IMG/VR virus record: IMGVR_UViG_3300010376_000035
Span: 2,543 to 66,542 of that record
Reading direction: 5' to 3' (one strand)
Length of the DNA: 64,000 bases
DNA from: a virus
Position 1 is the stretch's first letter. Each line of letters opens with the position of its first letter. Below, piece by piece: positions 10,265 to 19,673 of this stretch. A program made the position numbers and the translations under genes. The notes beneath the pieces were generated by a model. The model made no database searches. It saw only the letters and a program-made list of their open reading frames with translations, and had not been told where the DNA came from.

Positions 10265-12864
10265 ATGGTGACAGTCTACAAGTCGTCCCCGGCACGGTGA
10301 GGCCGCTTAACGGCGCGGCGTCATCGCCTGCGCCCACGGCTAACCCGTCAGTCGTCCCCGGCACGGTGAGGCCGCTTAACGGGGCGGCGCCCACGCCATC
10401 TATGCAGCCAGCGCCCGTTACGCCCATCGCGGGCGGGCAGCCGGCCGCGGCGCCAGAAACTAAAATTAAAGATTTTCATGGGCTGCTGGAGGCGATCGAC
10501 AGTCAGCCCGACTGGATGCACTGGGTTCCAGGCTTCAGCCTCATGCACCAGGCCGTGGGCGGGATGGGTGAACTGGCAAGGACGGTAGAAGGTGGCCGCC
10601 GGCTGATGGGGATGGGATCGATGATGGAGGCCGAGAGGCGATATATGCCCGGCTTTAATCAGGAAGGGCCGCCGGGACCGAACGATGTATTGGGGCAGCT
10701 GGCCGCGCACAAGAGCACCAACATTCAGCAGAGCATGGGCGCAACCGGAGAGACCCTGGGGGAATTCGCTTCTGGTGAGGAGTTGCTGGGATTGCTGGGC
10801 AGAAGCGCGAAGCTGCTGCCGTTTGCCGAACAATTCAAACTCGCCACCGGCTTGGCGCAGATGCTCGACAAGTACCCTCTGGTGGCCAAGTTGATGAAAA
10901 TTGGCATCGCTTCCGCCAATCAGGGCACGGTAGCGGCTGGGCAGACCTATTTGAAAACCGGGGATATTGGAGAGGCGGCCAGAACGGGCCTGATTACCGC
11001 CGGAACCACGGCCCTTGCTGCCCCGGTTATGGCCGGCGGCGCCGCACTTCTCGGCAAAGGCGTGGAGGCGGGCCAGGAAGCGGCCGCAGCCCGGCAGGCG
11101 CAGAAAGCCGGCCGCCAGGTGACAGACGAACAGATTGCCCAGGCCCAGCAAGCCAGACAAACGGCCATTGAACAGAACGCGCAGAACCGGGAGCAGTACA
11201 TGCAAGCCAGGGCCACCCACGCGGCTACGGTGAAAGCGGGCGAAGCCGCGCACGAGGCCACGGTGGTGGAGCCGGCCAAGGCCGCCCACGCCCAGGAAGT
11301 GGAAGCTGGAAAGGCCACTCATGCAGAACAGGTGCGCCAGGCCAAAGCCACTCACGCGGCCACGGTCGAAGCCGGCGAAGCCGCCCACGCCGAAACGGTA
11401 CGCCAGGCCAGAACCGCATACGGGCAGGAAGTGGCAGCTGGCGAAGCCGCCCACGCCGAAACGGTGCGCCAGGCCAAGGCCACCCATGCGGCCACGGTCG
11501 AAGCCGGCCAGGCCGAGCATGCGCAACGGGTAGAACAGGCTACCCAGAGAGCCACGGCCGCGGCCCAGGCCGAAGCAGCAGCGGGGCGCGCCGAAGCTGC
11601 TCAGACCTACGGCCGAACCGCGGGTCAGGCGATCGAGCCGCATCTGCGCGCCGTCGAAGAGGCGGGCCAGGGACGGCCTGTCACCATGGCCCAGCCTGGC
11701 GGGGCGGCGCCGGTCGTAGTCGGTACGACCCGGCCGCTGACCAGCATCAACACCAATGAAATTTTGAACCGGGTAGGCGATTACACCACGGCGCGCGATG
11801 AATTCCGCACCGCACTCAACGATTCGATGGATGCCATCGATTCGGAAACCGGCGGCAAATTCCGCGATCTTAATGCAGAAGTGGCAGCCGCGCAAACGCA
11901 CATGCATAACGATCCTCTCGATGCGGAGGCGGTGCGGGCTTATAAACAGAAGCTGGGCGAACTGGACGACCTGATTTCCAAAACTAAAAGTGTGCGGCCG
12001 GATTATGTGTCTGCGGTGCGTTCCGGCTGGCGCCAATACTACGTGATGGGCGACATCGCCAAGGGATTAGACAAATCGCTGATGGGCGTCCCCGGCGGTA
12101 GCGCTGTGAGCCAGGCACAGCGCGGGATCAACGGCAGAGTGGGCACAGCCGAGTTAGGGAAGCTGGTAATCGCTCACGGCCGACCGGCTATCGCGGAAGC
12201 CATGGGTGGCGAGGACCGGCTTAGAACAATCGAGTCGGTCTTTGAAAAGATGTCCACCAACAACGGCCGCGCCCAGATGAACAAAGCCATTCTCAACATA
12301 GCCAAGTATCTGGAGCCGGTTGCGCCCTACGAGCCGCCGCAATACGTTCCCCCTGCACCGTACCAAAAGCCGGAATTTGTGGCGCCGCCCAAATATAAAG
12401 CGCCGGAATTCGTTCCCCCTGCGCCCTATAAAGCGCCGGAATTCAAGGCACCGGAATATCAGCCGCCTGCGCCTCCCGAGCGGCCGGCGCGCGTACCCGT
12501 GCCCAATGTGCCCTCGAGGCCGCTGGCCCTCAAACCCGAACCGACGGCCCAGGGCGCGATCGGCAAGGTTCTAAGACATACGGTAGCCACGACCGCAGCC
12601 ATAGGAGCGTACAGGGCCGGTGGAGGTTTCATCGGCGGGACCATGGCGGCAGCAACCGCGGAAGCGGCCCTGCATTCGGTCCCGGTCATTGCGCGCCGGG
12701 TGCAGGACGCCATGCTCTCGAATCCGCAAGTCGCGAAAAACATTCTCTATGCGGTCGAGTACGGCGCCAAGCCGGAAAACTATGGCCCGTTCATCGCTCA
12801 GATGGTCAGAAAACTAAACGAACAACCTAAACAGGAGGAAACGAATGCCAACACTTCTCGGTGA
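10261..12864 (+). CDS. Putative internal virion / ejection protein with internal repeats (867 aa)
   Basis: ATGA coupling; glycine-rich hydrophobic segments; THAATVEAGEAAHAETVRQA repeats and a PxPY/KAPEF proline-rich tract. Confidence 0.6.
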   Translation: MNGDSLQVVPGTVRPLNGAASSPAPTANPSVVPGTVRPLNGAAPTPSMQPAPVTPIAGGQPAAAPETKIKDFHGLLEAIDSQPDWMHWVPGFSLMHQAVGGMGELARTVEGGRRLMGMGSMMEAERRYMPGFNQEGPPGPNDVLGQLAAHKSTNIQQSMGATGETLGEFASGEELLGLLGRSAKLLPFAEQFKLATGLAQMLDKYPLVAKLMKIGIASANQGTVAAGQTYLKTGDIGEAARTGLITAGTTALAAPVMAGGAALLGKGVEAGQEAAAARQAQKAGRQVTDEQIAQAQQARQTAIEQNAQNREQYMQARATHAATVKAGEAAHEATVVEPAKAAHAQEVEAGKATHAEQVRQAKATHAATVEAGEAAHAETVRQARTAYGQEVAAGEAAHAETVRQAKATHAATVEAGQAEHAQRVEQATQRATAAAQAEAAAGRAEAAQTYGRTAGQAIEPHLRAVEEAGQGRPVTMAQPGGAAPVVVGTTRPLTSINTNEILNRVGDYTTARDEFRTALNDSMDAIDSETGGKFRDLNAEVAAAQTHMHNDPLDAEAVRAYKQKLGELDDLISKTKSVRPDYVSAVRSGWRQYYVMGDIAKGLDKSLMGVPGGSAVSQAQRGINGRVGTAELGKLVIAHGRPAIAEAMGGEDRLRTIESVFEKMSTNNGRAQMNKAILNIAKYLEPVAPYEPPQYVPPAPYQKPEFVAPPKYKAPEFVPPAPYKAPEFKAPEYQPPAPPERPARVPVPNVPSRPLALKPEPTAQGAIGKVLRHTVATTAAIGAYRAGGGFIGGTMAAATAEAALHSVPVIARRVQDAMLSNPQVAKNILYAVEYGAKPENYGPFIAQMVRKLNEQPKQEETNANTSR
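10281..10382 (+). repeat. 33-bp exact direct repeat x2 (10281-10313, 10350-10382), encoding VVPGTVRPLNG
   Basis: AGTCGTCCCCGGCACGGTGAGGCCGCTTAACGG occurs twice, 69 bp apart. Confidence 0.9.
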
Positions 12865-13105
12865 GTATTGCATCCGCTGCGGGGCCAAGTGCGTGACCAC
12901 CCCCAGCGAGGATGGAAAAGACACTGTTTACACATGCCCGCGCGGCGATGGTGTGCAGGCCATCGTGCCCACGAGCAAGACCGATCAGACAGGCAAGGAC
13001 GATCAGAAGTCCGAACACGATCCGAAGTCCGGTTCGGAAGAGGCAAAAAGTGGCAAAAAGCCTTTTCCTACCGAAGAAGGGGAGCCATCCAGGCACAAGC
13101 ATTGA
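12845..13105 (+). CDS. Hypothetical Zn-ribbon protein with charged tail (86 aa)
   Basis: GGAGG upstream; CIRC...C motif; overlaps end of upstream gene. Confidence 0.6.
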   Translation: MPTLLGEYCIRCGAKCVTTPSEDGKDTVYTCPRGDGVQAIVPTSKTDQTGKDDQKSEHDPKSGSEEAKSGKKPFPTEEGEPSRHKH

Positions 13106-13188
13106 TGAAATGGCTCCATGCACTGATGGCCGCATGGGGGAGGAGGAAACCGCGGCCGCACCATCATTCAGAAAGGGGACACCTGTGA
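13105..13188 (+). CDS. 27-aa coupled mini-ORF (MKWLHALMAAWGRRKPRPHHHSERGHL)
   Basis: TGATG overlaps at both ends link 12845..13105 to 13188..14246. Confidence 0.4.
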   Translation: MKWLHALMAAWGRRKPRPHHHSERGHL

Positions 13189-14246
13189 TGTCAGACAAAA
13201 AAATAGAGATGCCGGAAATCGTGATCCCGCCGCACCAGAAGTCGAAGCCAAAGGAACACTGGGCGGATCAGGAAATCAAGAAAGCCGCGCGAGAGATCGA
13301 TGAAGGCAAGTGGGATCCCGAGCCCGATCCCGAGATAGACGATGCCATGCGCAGCCTGCGCATCGCGCTGGGAGCCGGGACCAGCGGCGTGGCCATCGGC
13401 CAGCCGGCCACCGAGGAAGAGTTTCGCTCTACGGAAATGCTCAACCTCATTGGCCGGCATCCGCGGGTCATCGAGGCGCTCGAGAAGATGAAACTAGAAG
13501 TTTATAGTCCTCCCGATCCTCACGCGGCGCTCGAGCGCAACCTGGCCATGCAGGAACTGGCCGTGGCGTCCACCAGGCCGCAGCGCTGGGACGGCCAGGG
13601 GAGGTGGGAGGGCGACGAGAACGAAAAGATGCGCTATGGCCGGATTATGACCCCCATGCAGTTCTATGACCGCCTGGCCAAAGTGGTAGGCAACGGACGA
13701 ATCAAGCTGGGAGAGCATGTGGTGAAAACCAGCCCCGAGGCCAGGAGCGGGCGCATCGGGCTCTACGTGGATAATCCCAGGTGGACCGGCGGCAGACAGG
13801 TCATCGATGACCGGCCCCTCAGGATCCAGCGCCTGCGCAGCGAAGGCGAGGCCCTGCTGCGCACCGCCAAACAGTTGCGCCGGCTGCACATGAATGCCGA
13901 GGCCGAGAGAAAAGTGAGGCTGGCCGGCGAGATGGCCGAGGAGGCCATGCAGCTGCAAATGAACCTCTGCGCGGAGGAGCAGCTGAAAGAGCCCGAATTC
14001 CTGCGCGTGGGGACGCTCCAGTGGCCGGCCATGACCGAGTGGATGATTATGACCTTCACGCGCTACGGCGCCGTCTATGCGGCCAAGTTTTTAGGCTGGC
14101 GAACGGCGCTTTTGACCATGATCCGCGCTAGGGCGATTACCGAGAAGGAAGCGCACAAGGCGTTTCCCGTGCCCAGCGGCCCAGCCGCGGCCTGGTATCT
14201 CCAGCAGCTGGCCATGCTGAGAAACGCGGAGGGAACCGTACAGTAA
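13188..14246 (+). CDS. Hypothetical phage protein (352 aa; likely start 13188)
   Basis: AAAGGGGACA upstream of ATG 13188; TAATG coupling to the next gene. Confidence 0.7.
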   Translation: MSDKKIEMPEIVIPPHQKSKPKEHWADQEIKKAAREIDEGKWDPEPDPEIDDAMRSLRIALGAGTSGVAIGQPATEEEFRSTEMLNLIGRHPRVIEALEKMKLEVYSPPDPHAALERNLAMQELAVASTRPQRWDGQGRWEGDENEKMRYGRIMTPMQFYDRLAKVVGNGRIKLGEHVVKTSPEARSGRIGLYVDNPRWTGGRQVIDDRPLRIQRLRSEGEALLRTAKQLRRLHMNAEAERKVRLAGEMAEEAMQLQMNLCAEEQLKEPEFLRVGTLQWPAMTEWMIMTFTRYGAVYAAKFLGWRTALLTMIRARAITEKEAHKAFPVPSGPAAAWYLQQLAMLRNAEGTVQ

Positions 14247-14692
14247 TGACCATCAATGACGTACAACGCGCCTACCTGGCCATTTTCGCGGCGCGCGAAG
14301 CCGGGCCGGGCGCGTCCGCGGACCAGATGAAGGCGATCGCCATGTGCATCCGCAACCGGGTGCGCCAGGGATGGCACGAGGGCGACTGGATAAAAGTTAT
14401 AGAAAATGCCGACAAATACCGCGCCAATTTGCATCGGCCGGCCCCGATCGACGCCAGCGACCGCAACTTTCAGACCCTGGCGCGCGACATTGACGACATT
14501 TATTTTTCCCGCCGCGACTGGGACAAGGAACCCAGCCACGACCGCATGCCGGGACTGGATGAAGCGATTGGAAACTGCTGCTACTGGGCGTTCGCCAGTC
14601 AGCCGCTCACCAGTTGGTTTCTAATTAACATTGCCAACGATCAAAACCATATCCTTAAAACCAACATGGGGCTTATGATGTTTTACACGTAA
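14246..14692 (+). CDS. Cell-wall hydrolase, SleB-like lytic transglycosylase (Hydrolase_2 type); endolysin or virion lysin (148 aa)
   Basis: LAIFAAREA (candidate catalytic Glu)...MKAIAMCIRNRV...W; C-terminal YW...WF...H...G..FY matches SleB-family layout. Confidence 0.7.
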   Translation: MTINDVQRAYLAIFAAREAGPGASADQMKAIAMCIRNRVRQGWHEGDWIKVIENADKYRANLHRPAPIDASDRNFQTLARDIDDIYFSRRDWDKEPSHDRMPGLDEAIGNCCYWAFASQPLTSWFLINIANDQNHILKTNMGLMMFYT

Positions 14693-14732
14693 TTTTGCCT
14701 AAAACCAGGGGACAAGACTGGATTAGGCCGCA

Positions 14733-15299
14733 GTGGCCGCAGCGCCGGGCATAACGCTGACTGCTCTTTTGCAGGATCTCGCCGGCAATCCCATCGGATC
14801 CGCAGCGAATCCGTGCAAGATTTCGATCGCCCTTTGCGGCTTCGGCCCCATCCTGCCCAAGATCGCCGGCACTTCTATGCTGGCCAAAGTCGGGCCGATC
14901 TACCTCGAGAGCGTCAACGGTTCTTTCTCCACTCTCCTGTGGGGCAATGATGCCATCACGCCCAGCGGCACCTATTACACCATCGCGCTGCTCGACGGCC
15001 AGGGCAACGTGGTGCAGTCGAACGCCTATGTGCTGACCGGCAGCGGCAGCTTCGATCTGAGCAATCTTGTTCCCAATGTCCCCCCCTACGGATTTCTGCT
15101 GAGTGCGCTGCGATACGTGCAATGCAGCGGTTCGCTTATCGGCGGCAATCAGACCTTCACGGCGCCAGGAAAGATCGTGGCGGCGACCTACAACGGGATC
15201 ATCATGAACGGCACACAATGCACCATCAGCGGAAATATCGTGACCGTAAATTTCAACCCAGAGCTGGGGGACCGCATCGATGCCTTCTGTGTGTATTAG
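14733..15299 (+). CDS. Putative tail-fibre anchor / adaptor protein (188 aa, GTG start)
   Basis: Beta-rich N-domain (LWGNDAITPSGTYY); C-terminal NG..Q..ISGNIVT.NF.P..GD.I module resembling those of fibre proteins; directly upstream of the tailspike-like gene. Confidence 0.55.
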   Translation: MAAAPGITLTALLQDLAGNPIGSAANPCKISIALCGFGPILPKIAGTSMLAKVGPIYLESVNGSFSTLLWGNDAITPSGTYYTIALLDGQGNVVQSNAYVLTGSGSFDLSNLVPNVPPYGFLLSALRYVQCSGSLIGGNQTFTAPGKIVAATYNGIIMNGTQCTISGNIVTVNFNPELGDRIDAFCVY

Positions 15300-18200
15300 A
15301 TTTTTTAGTTTTTTGCTTGCCGTAAGTGCTGCGGCTTACGGCCAGGTGAACCCGCACACCCAGATCCGCTGGCCCGCGAGCTGCCGCACCAGCGACGGCA
15401 AAATCTATAACTGGGTCACGAATGATTGCGTGGATCTAAACGACATCGACCCCAATACGCAACTGACCTGGCCCACTAGCTGCAATACGCCGGGAGCGGT
15501 CTACGATGCCACGGCGGGGGAATGCCCCAACAACATCAACAGCATTAACGTGACGAACCAAGTGAACTATCCGGCCAGTTGCGCTACGACGGGCATGGTC
15601 TATGATCCCGCGACCAAGCAATGCACGTATAGCGTGAACCACATCAATCCCGGCACCCAGATGCTGTGGCCTTCCAGTTGCACACCGGGGATGGTCTACA
15701 ACCCTTCCGGTAATACGTGCGTTGCGATGGGGACCGGCAACAATCCCGGCGGGACAAATTTGCAGATGCAGTACAACAACGGCGGCTTTTTCGGGGGGAT
15801 GAACGGAGTCACCTACGACAACAATGGCGGCATCGCGGCGACTGGCACTCTTGCAGCGGGCACGATGCTACAAGCGCCGACGATAGCATCCGGCGGCGCG
15901 CCGACGCTCGATCTTCGCAATAAGACGTTTGCCGGTGGGCTGAAGGCGGATGGCGCAACTGATAATGCCGCCGTGATGACGGCAGCATGGAATGCGCTTC
16001 CTGCTACCGGCGGACGGTTGCTGATCGTGTGCGGAGGCACTCTGGCAACCGCTTGCTATTGGGACAATCCCGCCGCTTTCAACTGGGCCGGTCACACTCC
16101 CGTCACCTTTGAGATTCAGGGTATTCTGCGCACCGGAACCACGCTCAATATCCCGCCCAACTCCGGGACGATAAACTTTATCGGCAAAAACGGTAGCGGC
16201 CCGATACAGTTTCAAGCCCCCGGAGACATTTCGGAAATCTATGTGCGGCCTCTTACCACGCCAATAAGTGGGACTCTGAATACGGCGATTGCTCCCACCT
16301 ATTACGGAACCGGAAACCCTACCGCAACCGTTCCGGTAGCTTGTAATTCTTCGACGACCGGCGCAACCTATCAAGACCTCAATCAAGCCAATTCGGTGTT
16401 ATGGCAGTGCATCTCTACGACGGGAACCATCACTGCCGGGGCCATGAGTACGCTGGTTTTGGCGTCAGCGGCAGGATATGCCAAAGGCGACAGGATTACG
16501 GTAGCTGGAGCAGGAACTTCCGGCGGCACTTTGACATCCATCATCAGCGCCATCTCCGGTACTAGCATCACGCTGGGCACCGCCGCCACTACCGCCGTAT
16601 CCGGTGCGGCAGTCAGCATGGTTGGCAATTATGCCGGGTACTCCATCACGCCCGTCAATGGCTGGATTCAGGGCATATTGCAAACCCTTACGCCTTCGGC
16701 TAATGGATACATATACGGCGGCAGCACGAACCTCACTGGAAACGTGGCAGGAACGAATGGAACCGTGCTGGGCGTGGCCGATTATCAGGTATGCGACCTT
16801 GCCACGGTAAGCCGCACTACTACGCGGGTCACGGGAACCATGCCCTCGACCACTGGCTCGATTACTTCCGGCCAGAGCACTCTTACCATTCCTGCCGGAA
16901 TCACCATCTCCAATGGATCGGCGATCACGATCATAGGCGCGGGGGTTTCCACTTCCCCCCTGCGCACCTACGTCCTCAGCGGCGGCGGCACCACCTCCCT
17001 GACCATCGCCGGGACGGCGGCGAGTACTGTAACCAACCAGGCGGTCAGCGAAAACTGTCATATCCCGGTGAATATCGGCATCAAGATTGCCGGAGTTACA
17101 GACTCTTCGTTCAATGGACAGTGGGGGGGAACTGCGGGGCAATGGCAGATCGTGAATGGCGATTACGTTGCCAACACTCTCGTATGGAGCGTACCCAGCG
17201 GCACAACCGCTACCAGTAGCGGCGGAACCATCACCGGGCTGAATGAAGACTCGCCGGAAACTGTTCCGGTTGCGGACAATACCAGCACGACATTTACGGC
17301 GCGATTCTATCGGCCTCATGTGTCCACGGCGCAATTTTCCGGGGCGGGAATGGAGTTAAATGCTGGCGGGGCTGGGCAGTTGCTGAAAGACCTTCACATC
17401 GTGGCGTCAGGCCCGCAACTGGTGGTTGGCAATAACTCCTACAAATCGGTTCTGGATAATATCGGCCTGTTGGCATCGGGCACTTGCTCCGCGTTTGCCA
17501 GCCAGAGTCTGTCTGGATGGGCGATGGATATACAAGGCGCGGCATTTACCTACTTCAAAGATGGTTCCATTGGTTCAAGCTGTTACCCGTGGTCGATCCA
17601 TCTCTACAATGCGTTCAATACCATCTTCGGAGGAACAGGGCCGTTATATCTGGACAACACATGGATGATTGACGCTATAAAGCTGGATCATGGAGCCACG
17701 GGCGCATTTCTCAACAAGGTTGTCTGTGAACAGTGCTCACGGGGCATTGTCACGTATGACGACAGTCTTGGTTACTGGAGCGGCAACCAGCAACAGGTGG
17801 AAATAAAGCAGAGCGGTTTTCAGGACAACCCCGCCGGAGTCACACAGTGCGGAGTGGCCAGCCTTTTTCCCGATTCGGTGTCGAGTATCACCGTGCAAGG
17901 GAGCGGCATCACTTGCATTAAAAACGACTATGCGGGCGGAACAATCATGAACATTGCTCCGCCCAATGCCGGGGCGCAATACGATCTAAACAATACGACG
18001 GGACCGGCGGGGATCATTCAAGCCAAATCTCTGGAAGCAGAACTGCGTGGAGTCGGTGCGTCTATGGCTCCATCGGTTCTGCCGTATGCATCCCAAAACA
18101 TCAAGACCAACCCCACGACATGGCCGCTGGCTACCTGTACCCTGGCGTCCTCTACGGCAGAAGCGCCAGACGGTACGGCTACCGCAGCATCGCTTAACGG

Positions 18201-18918
18201 GCCAGTTGGAGGATCGTCCGTCAATGTCGGGCCTCTGATCGGACTCACTCCAGCGGTGGGAGACATGATCCTGTTCGGAGTGTGGACGTACACGCCTACC
18301 AAGGGCAAGAACGCGACGGGCACGGGGGCGGGCGCGATGACCATAGAAAACGGCGCCAGTTCCCATTACTTTATCGGCCCGCCCAATGGTTTGGTTAGCA
18401 TCACCACCGGCAACAACGCCAGCACCAGTCCATACGATTCGCAGTTTGTCGATGATTGGTGGCACGTTGTAGTGGGTGTGGCGGAAGTGTTGCAGTCCGA
18501 TGGTACGGCAGGACAGCAGATGCGTGTCTATCTGGGGTGCAACAGCGGCGTGACCCTGAATTATTGGGAACCTTTCGTGATATACGTTCCGGCGAGCGCC
18601 GGAATTTCTCAAGCGGAAGTGATGCGCTGGCGGCAGCAACTGCTGCATGGTTTCGTGCCCCCAAATGTGGCCGCCAACTATCTCTACACCAGCCTGCCGA
18701 CTCGCGTTCCCAACTATCAGGGCCAGGTCACGCTGGCCAGCGGCACCGCAACCGTGAACACAGCTTATGTGCGTTCCGACTCGCGCATCTTTTATTCGCA
18801 CTCCAACTGCGTCAGTTGCGGAGTGCCGTACACGGTAAACATCACTCCCGGCACCAGTTTTCAGGTACAGAGCACGAATGCAGCCGATGGAAGCATCGTG
18901 TGGTGGGAGATAAGGTGA
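15280..18918 (+). CDS. Tailspike / tail-fibre-like beta-helix protein with N-terminal signal peptide and four Cys-pair repeats (1212 aa)
   Basis: RFFSFLLAVSAAAYG|Q signal-like N-terminus; GLKADGATDNAAVMTAAWNALPATGG resembles the Pectate_lyase_3-type start of right-handed beta-helix tailspikes; Thr/Gly/Ser-rich. Confidence 0.7.
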   Translation: MPSVCIRFFSFLLAVSAAAYGQVNPHTQIRWPASCRTSDGKIYNWVTNDCVDLNDIDPNTQLTWPTSCNTPGAVYDATAGECPNNINSINVTNQVNYPASCATTGMVYDPATKQCTYSVNHINPGTQMLWPSSCTPGMVYNPSGNTCVAMGTGNNPGGTNLQMQYNNGGFFGGMNGVTYDNNGGIAATGTLAAGTMLQAPTIASGGAPTLDLRNKTFAGGLKADGATDNAAVMTAAWNALPATGGRLLIVCGGTLATACYWDNPAAFNWAGHTPVTFEIQGILRTGTTLNIPPNSGTINFIGKNGSGPIQFQAPGDISEIYVRPLTTPISGTLNTAIAPTYYGTGNPTATVPVACNSSTTGATYQDLNQANSVLWQCISTTGTITAGAMSTLVLASAAGYAKGDRITVAGAGTSGGTLTSIISAISGTSITLGTAATTAVSGAAVSMVGNYAGYSITPVNGWIQGILQTLTPSANGYIYGGSTNLTGNVAGTNGTVLGVADYQVCDLATVSRTTTRVTGTMPSTTGSITSGQSTLTIPAGITISNGSAITIIGAGVSTSPLRTYVLSGGGTTSLTIAGTAASTVTNQAVSENCHIPVNIGIKIAGVTDSSFNGQWGGTAGQWQIVNGDYVANTLVWSVPSGTTATSSGGTITGLNEDSPETVPVADNTSTTFTARFYRPHVSTAQFSGAGMELNAGGAGQLLKDLHIVASGPQLVVGNNSYKSVLDNIGLLASGTCSAFASQSLSGWAMDIQGAAFTYFKDGSIGSSCYPWSIHLYNAFNTIFGGTGPLYLDNTWMIDAIKLDHGATGAFLNKVVCEQCSRGIVTYDDSLGYWSGNQQQVEIKQSGFQDNPAGVTQCGVASLFPDSVSSITVQGSGITCIKNDYAGGTIMNIAPPNAGAQYDLNNTTGPAGIIQAKSLEAELRGVGASMAPSVLPYASQNIKTNPTTWPLATCTLASSTAEAPDGTATAASLNGPVGGSSVNVGPLIGLTPAVGDMILFGVWTYTPTKGKNATGTGAGAMTIENGASSHYFIGPPNGLVSITTGNNASTSPYDSQFVDDWWHVVVGVAEVLQSDGTAGQQMRVYLGCNSGVTLNYWEPFVIYVPASAGISQAEVMRWRQQLLHGFVPPNVAANYLYTSLPTRVPNYQGQVTLASGTATVNTAYVRSDSRIFYSHSNCVSCGVPYTVNITPGTSFQVQSTNAADGSIVWWEIR

Positions 18919-18952
18919 GGAACAAAAAGGAACAACTTGAGGAGGAGAATCC

Positions 18953-19495
18953 ATGAAGAAAATTGCGCTTGTAGCAGCGTTGGCCGTGGTTTCGTTCGTG
19001 CGGCCGGCGCATAGTGATCCCATCACCGGCAACCTTGCCATCGCCGGGGCAACCACGTACACCAGCACTGGAATGCAGTTTTCCAATCCCTCTGTGACGC
19101 TGATCGCGACGGGCAATTTTCTGCCCCTGATCGGGCACACGGAAATGCTGAACAGTTTCAACTTCGGGACCGCCGCAGGGGCCACGCTGTTTGCCACGGT
19201 ATCACCGGCCCTTTCGATGAATCTCGAGTCGCTCACCGTGATCTCCAACACTGCGAACTTTCTGAATGTTGTCGGCACGGCCATGTTCCTTGAGCCGGGA
19301 TTCGATCCGACCCTTTACGAATTCACGCTGACCGCGACCAGGCCGGATGGCGTAAGCTCCTACACTTTGACCGCCGTTCCTGAAGCGGCGGTGGTTACGT
19401 CGGAACCGTTGACTCTCTTTCTGGTGGGCAGCGGCTTGCTTTGCCTGGCGGGGGTAAAGCTGTATCGCAGGCAGCGGCTCGGGGAGGCCGCGTGA
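18953..19495 (+). CDS. PEP-CTERM sorting-domain surface protein (180 aa)
   Basis: GAGGAG ribosome-binding site; signal peptide MKKIALVAALAVVSFVRPAHS|D; C-terminus TAVPE...SEPLTLFLVGSGLLCLAG-VKLYRRQR (motif, TM helix, basic tail). Confidence 0.8.
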   Translation: MKKIALVAALAVVSFVRPAHSDPITGNLAIAGATTYTSTGMQFSNPSVTLIATGNFLPLIGHTEMLNSFNFGTAAGATLFATVSPALSMNLESLTVISNTANFLNVVGTAMFLEPGFDPTLYEFTLTATRPDGVSSYTLTAVPEAAVVTSEPLTLFLVGSGLLCLAGVKLYRRQRLGEAA

Positions 19496-19659
19496 CCATC
19501 GTCTATGAGACGCAGAAGCGCCGCGACGGCCTGTTCCAGTGGCGGCGGCTGGGGGATGATTGGCAACTCGCCAGAGACTTGGATGAAGCGGTGGCCGCGA
19601 TCCGCAGGGACGCGGACAACGCGCAGTTCCAGATCCGCTACACGGGGAAGTTTCTTTAA
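19492..19659 (+). CDS. Hypothetical protein (55 aa, GTG start)
   Basis: GGAGG upstream, GTGA overlap with the PEP-CTERM stop. Confidence 0.5.
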   Translation: MTIVYETQKRRDGLFQWRRLGDDWQLARDLDEAVAAIRRDADNAQFQIRYTGKFL

Positions 19660-19673
19660 GGAGAAATTCCAAA

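Noticed and set aside
10348-12036. 562-aa minus-strand ORF (and mirror 51857..53545)
   Set aside because: Antisense shadow of the 867-aa gene; typical of GC-rich DNA, with non-protein-like composition.
12912-13187. N-terminal 92 aa of the tracked 444-aa ORF; likewise 7262..7681 of the 344-aa ORF
   Set aside because: They overlap other coupled genes; better starts with ribosome-binding or coupling signals lie at 13188 and 7682.
15280-18918. Diversity-generating retroelement target (VR/TR)
   Set aside because: No reverse transcriptase in the window and no adenine-specific near-duplicate of the gene's 3' end was seen.
17986-19284. 432-aa minus-strand ORF (and mirror 44609..45907)
   Set aside because: Lies antisense to two well-supported genes; no motifs.
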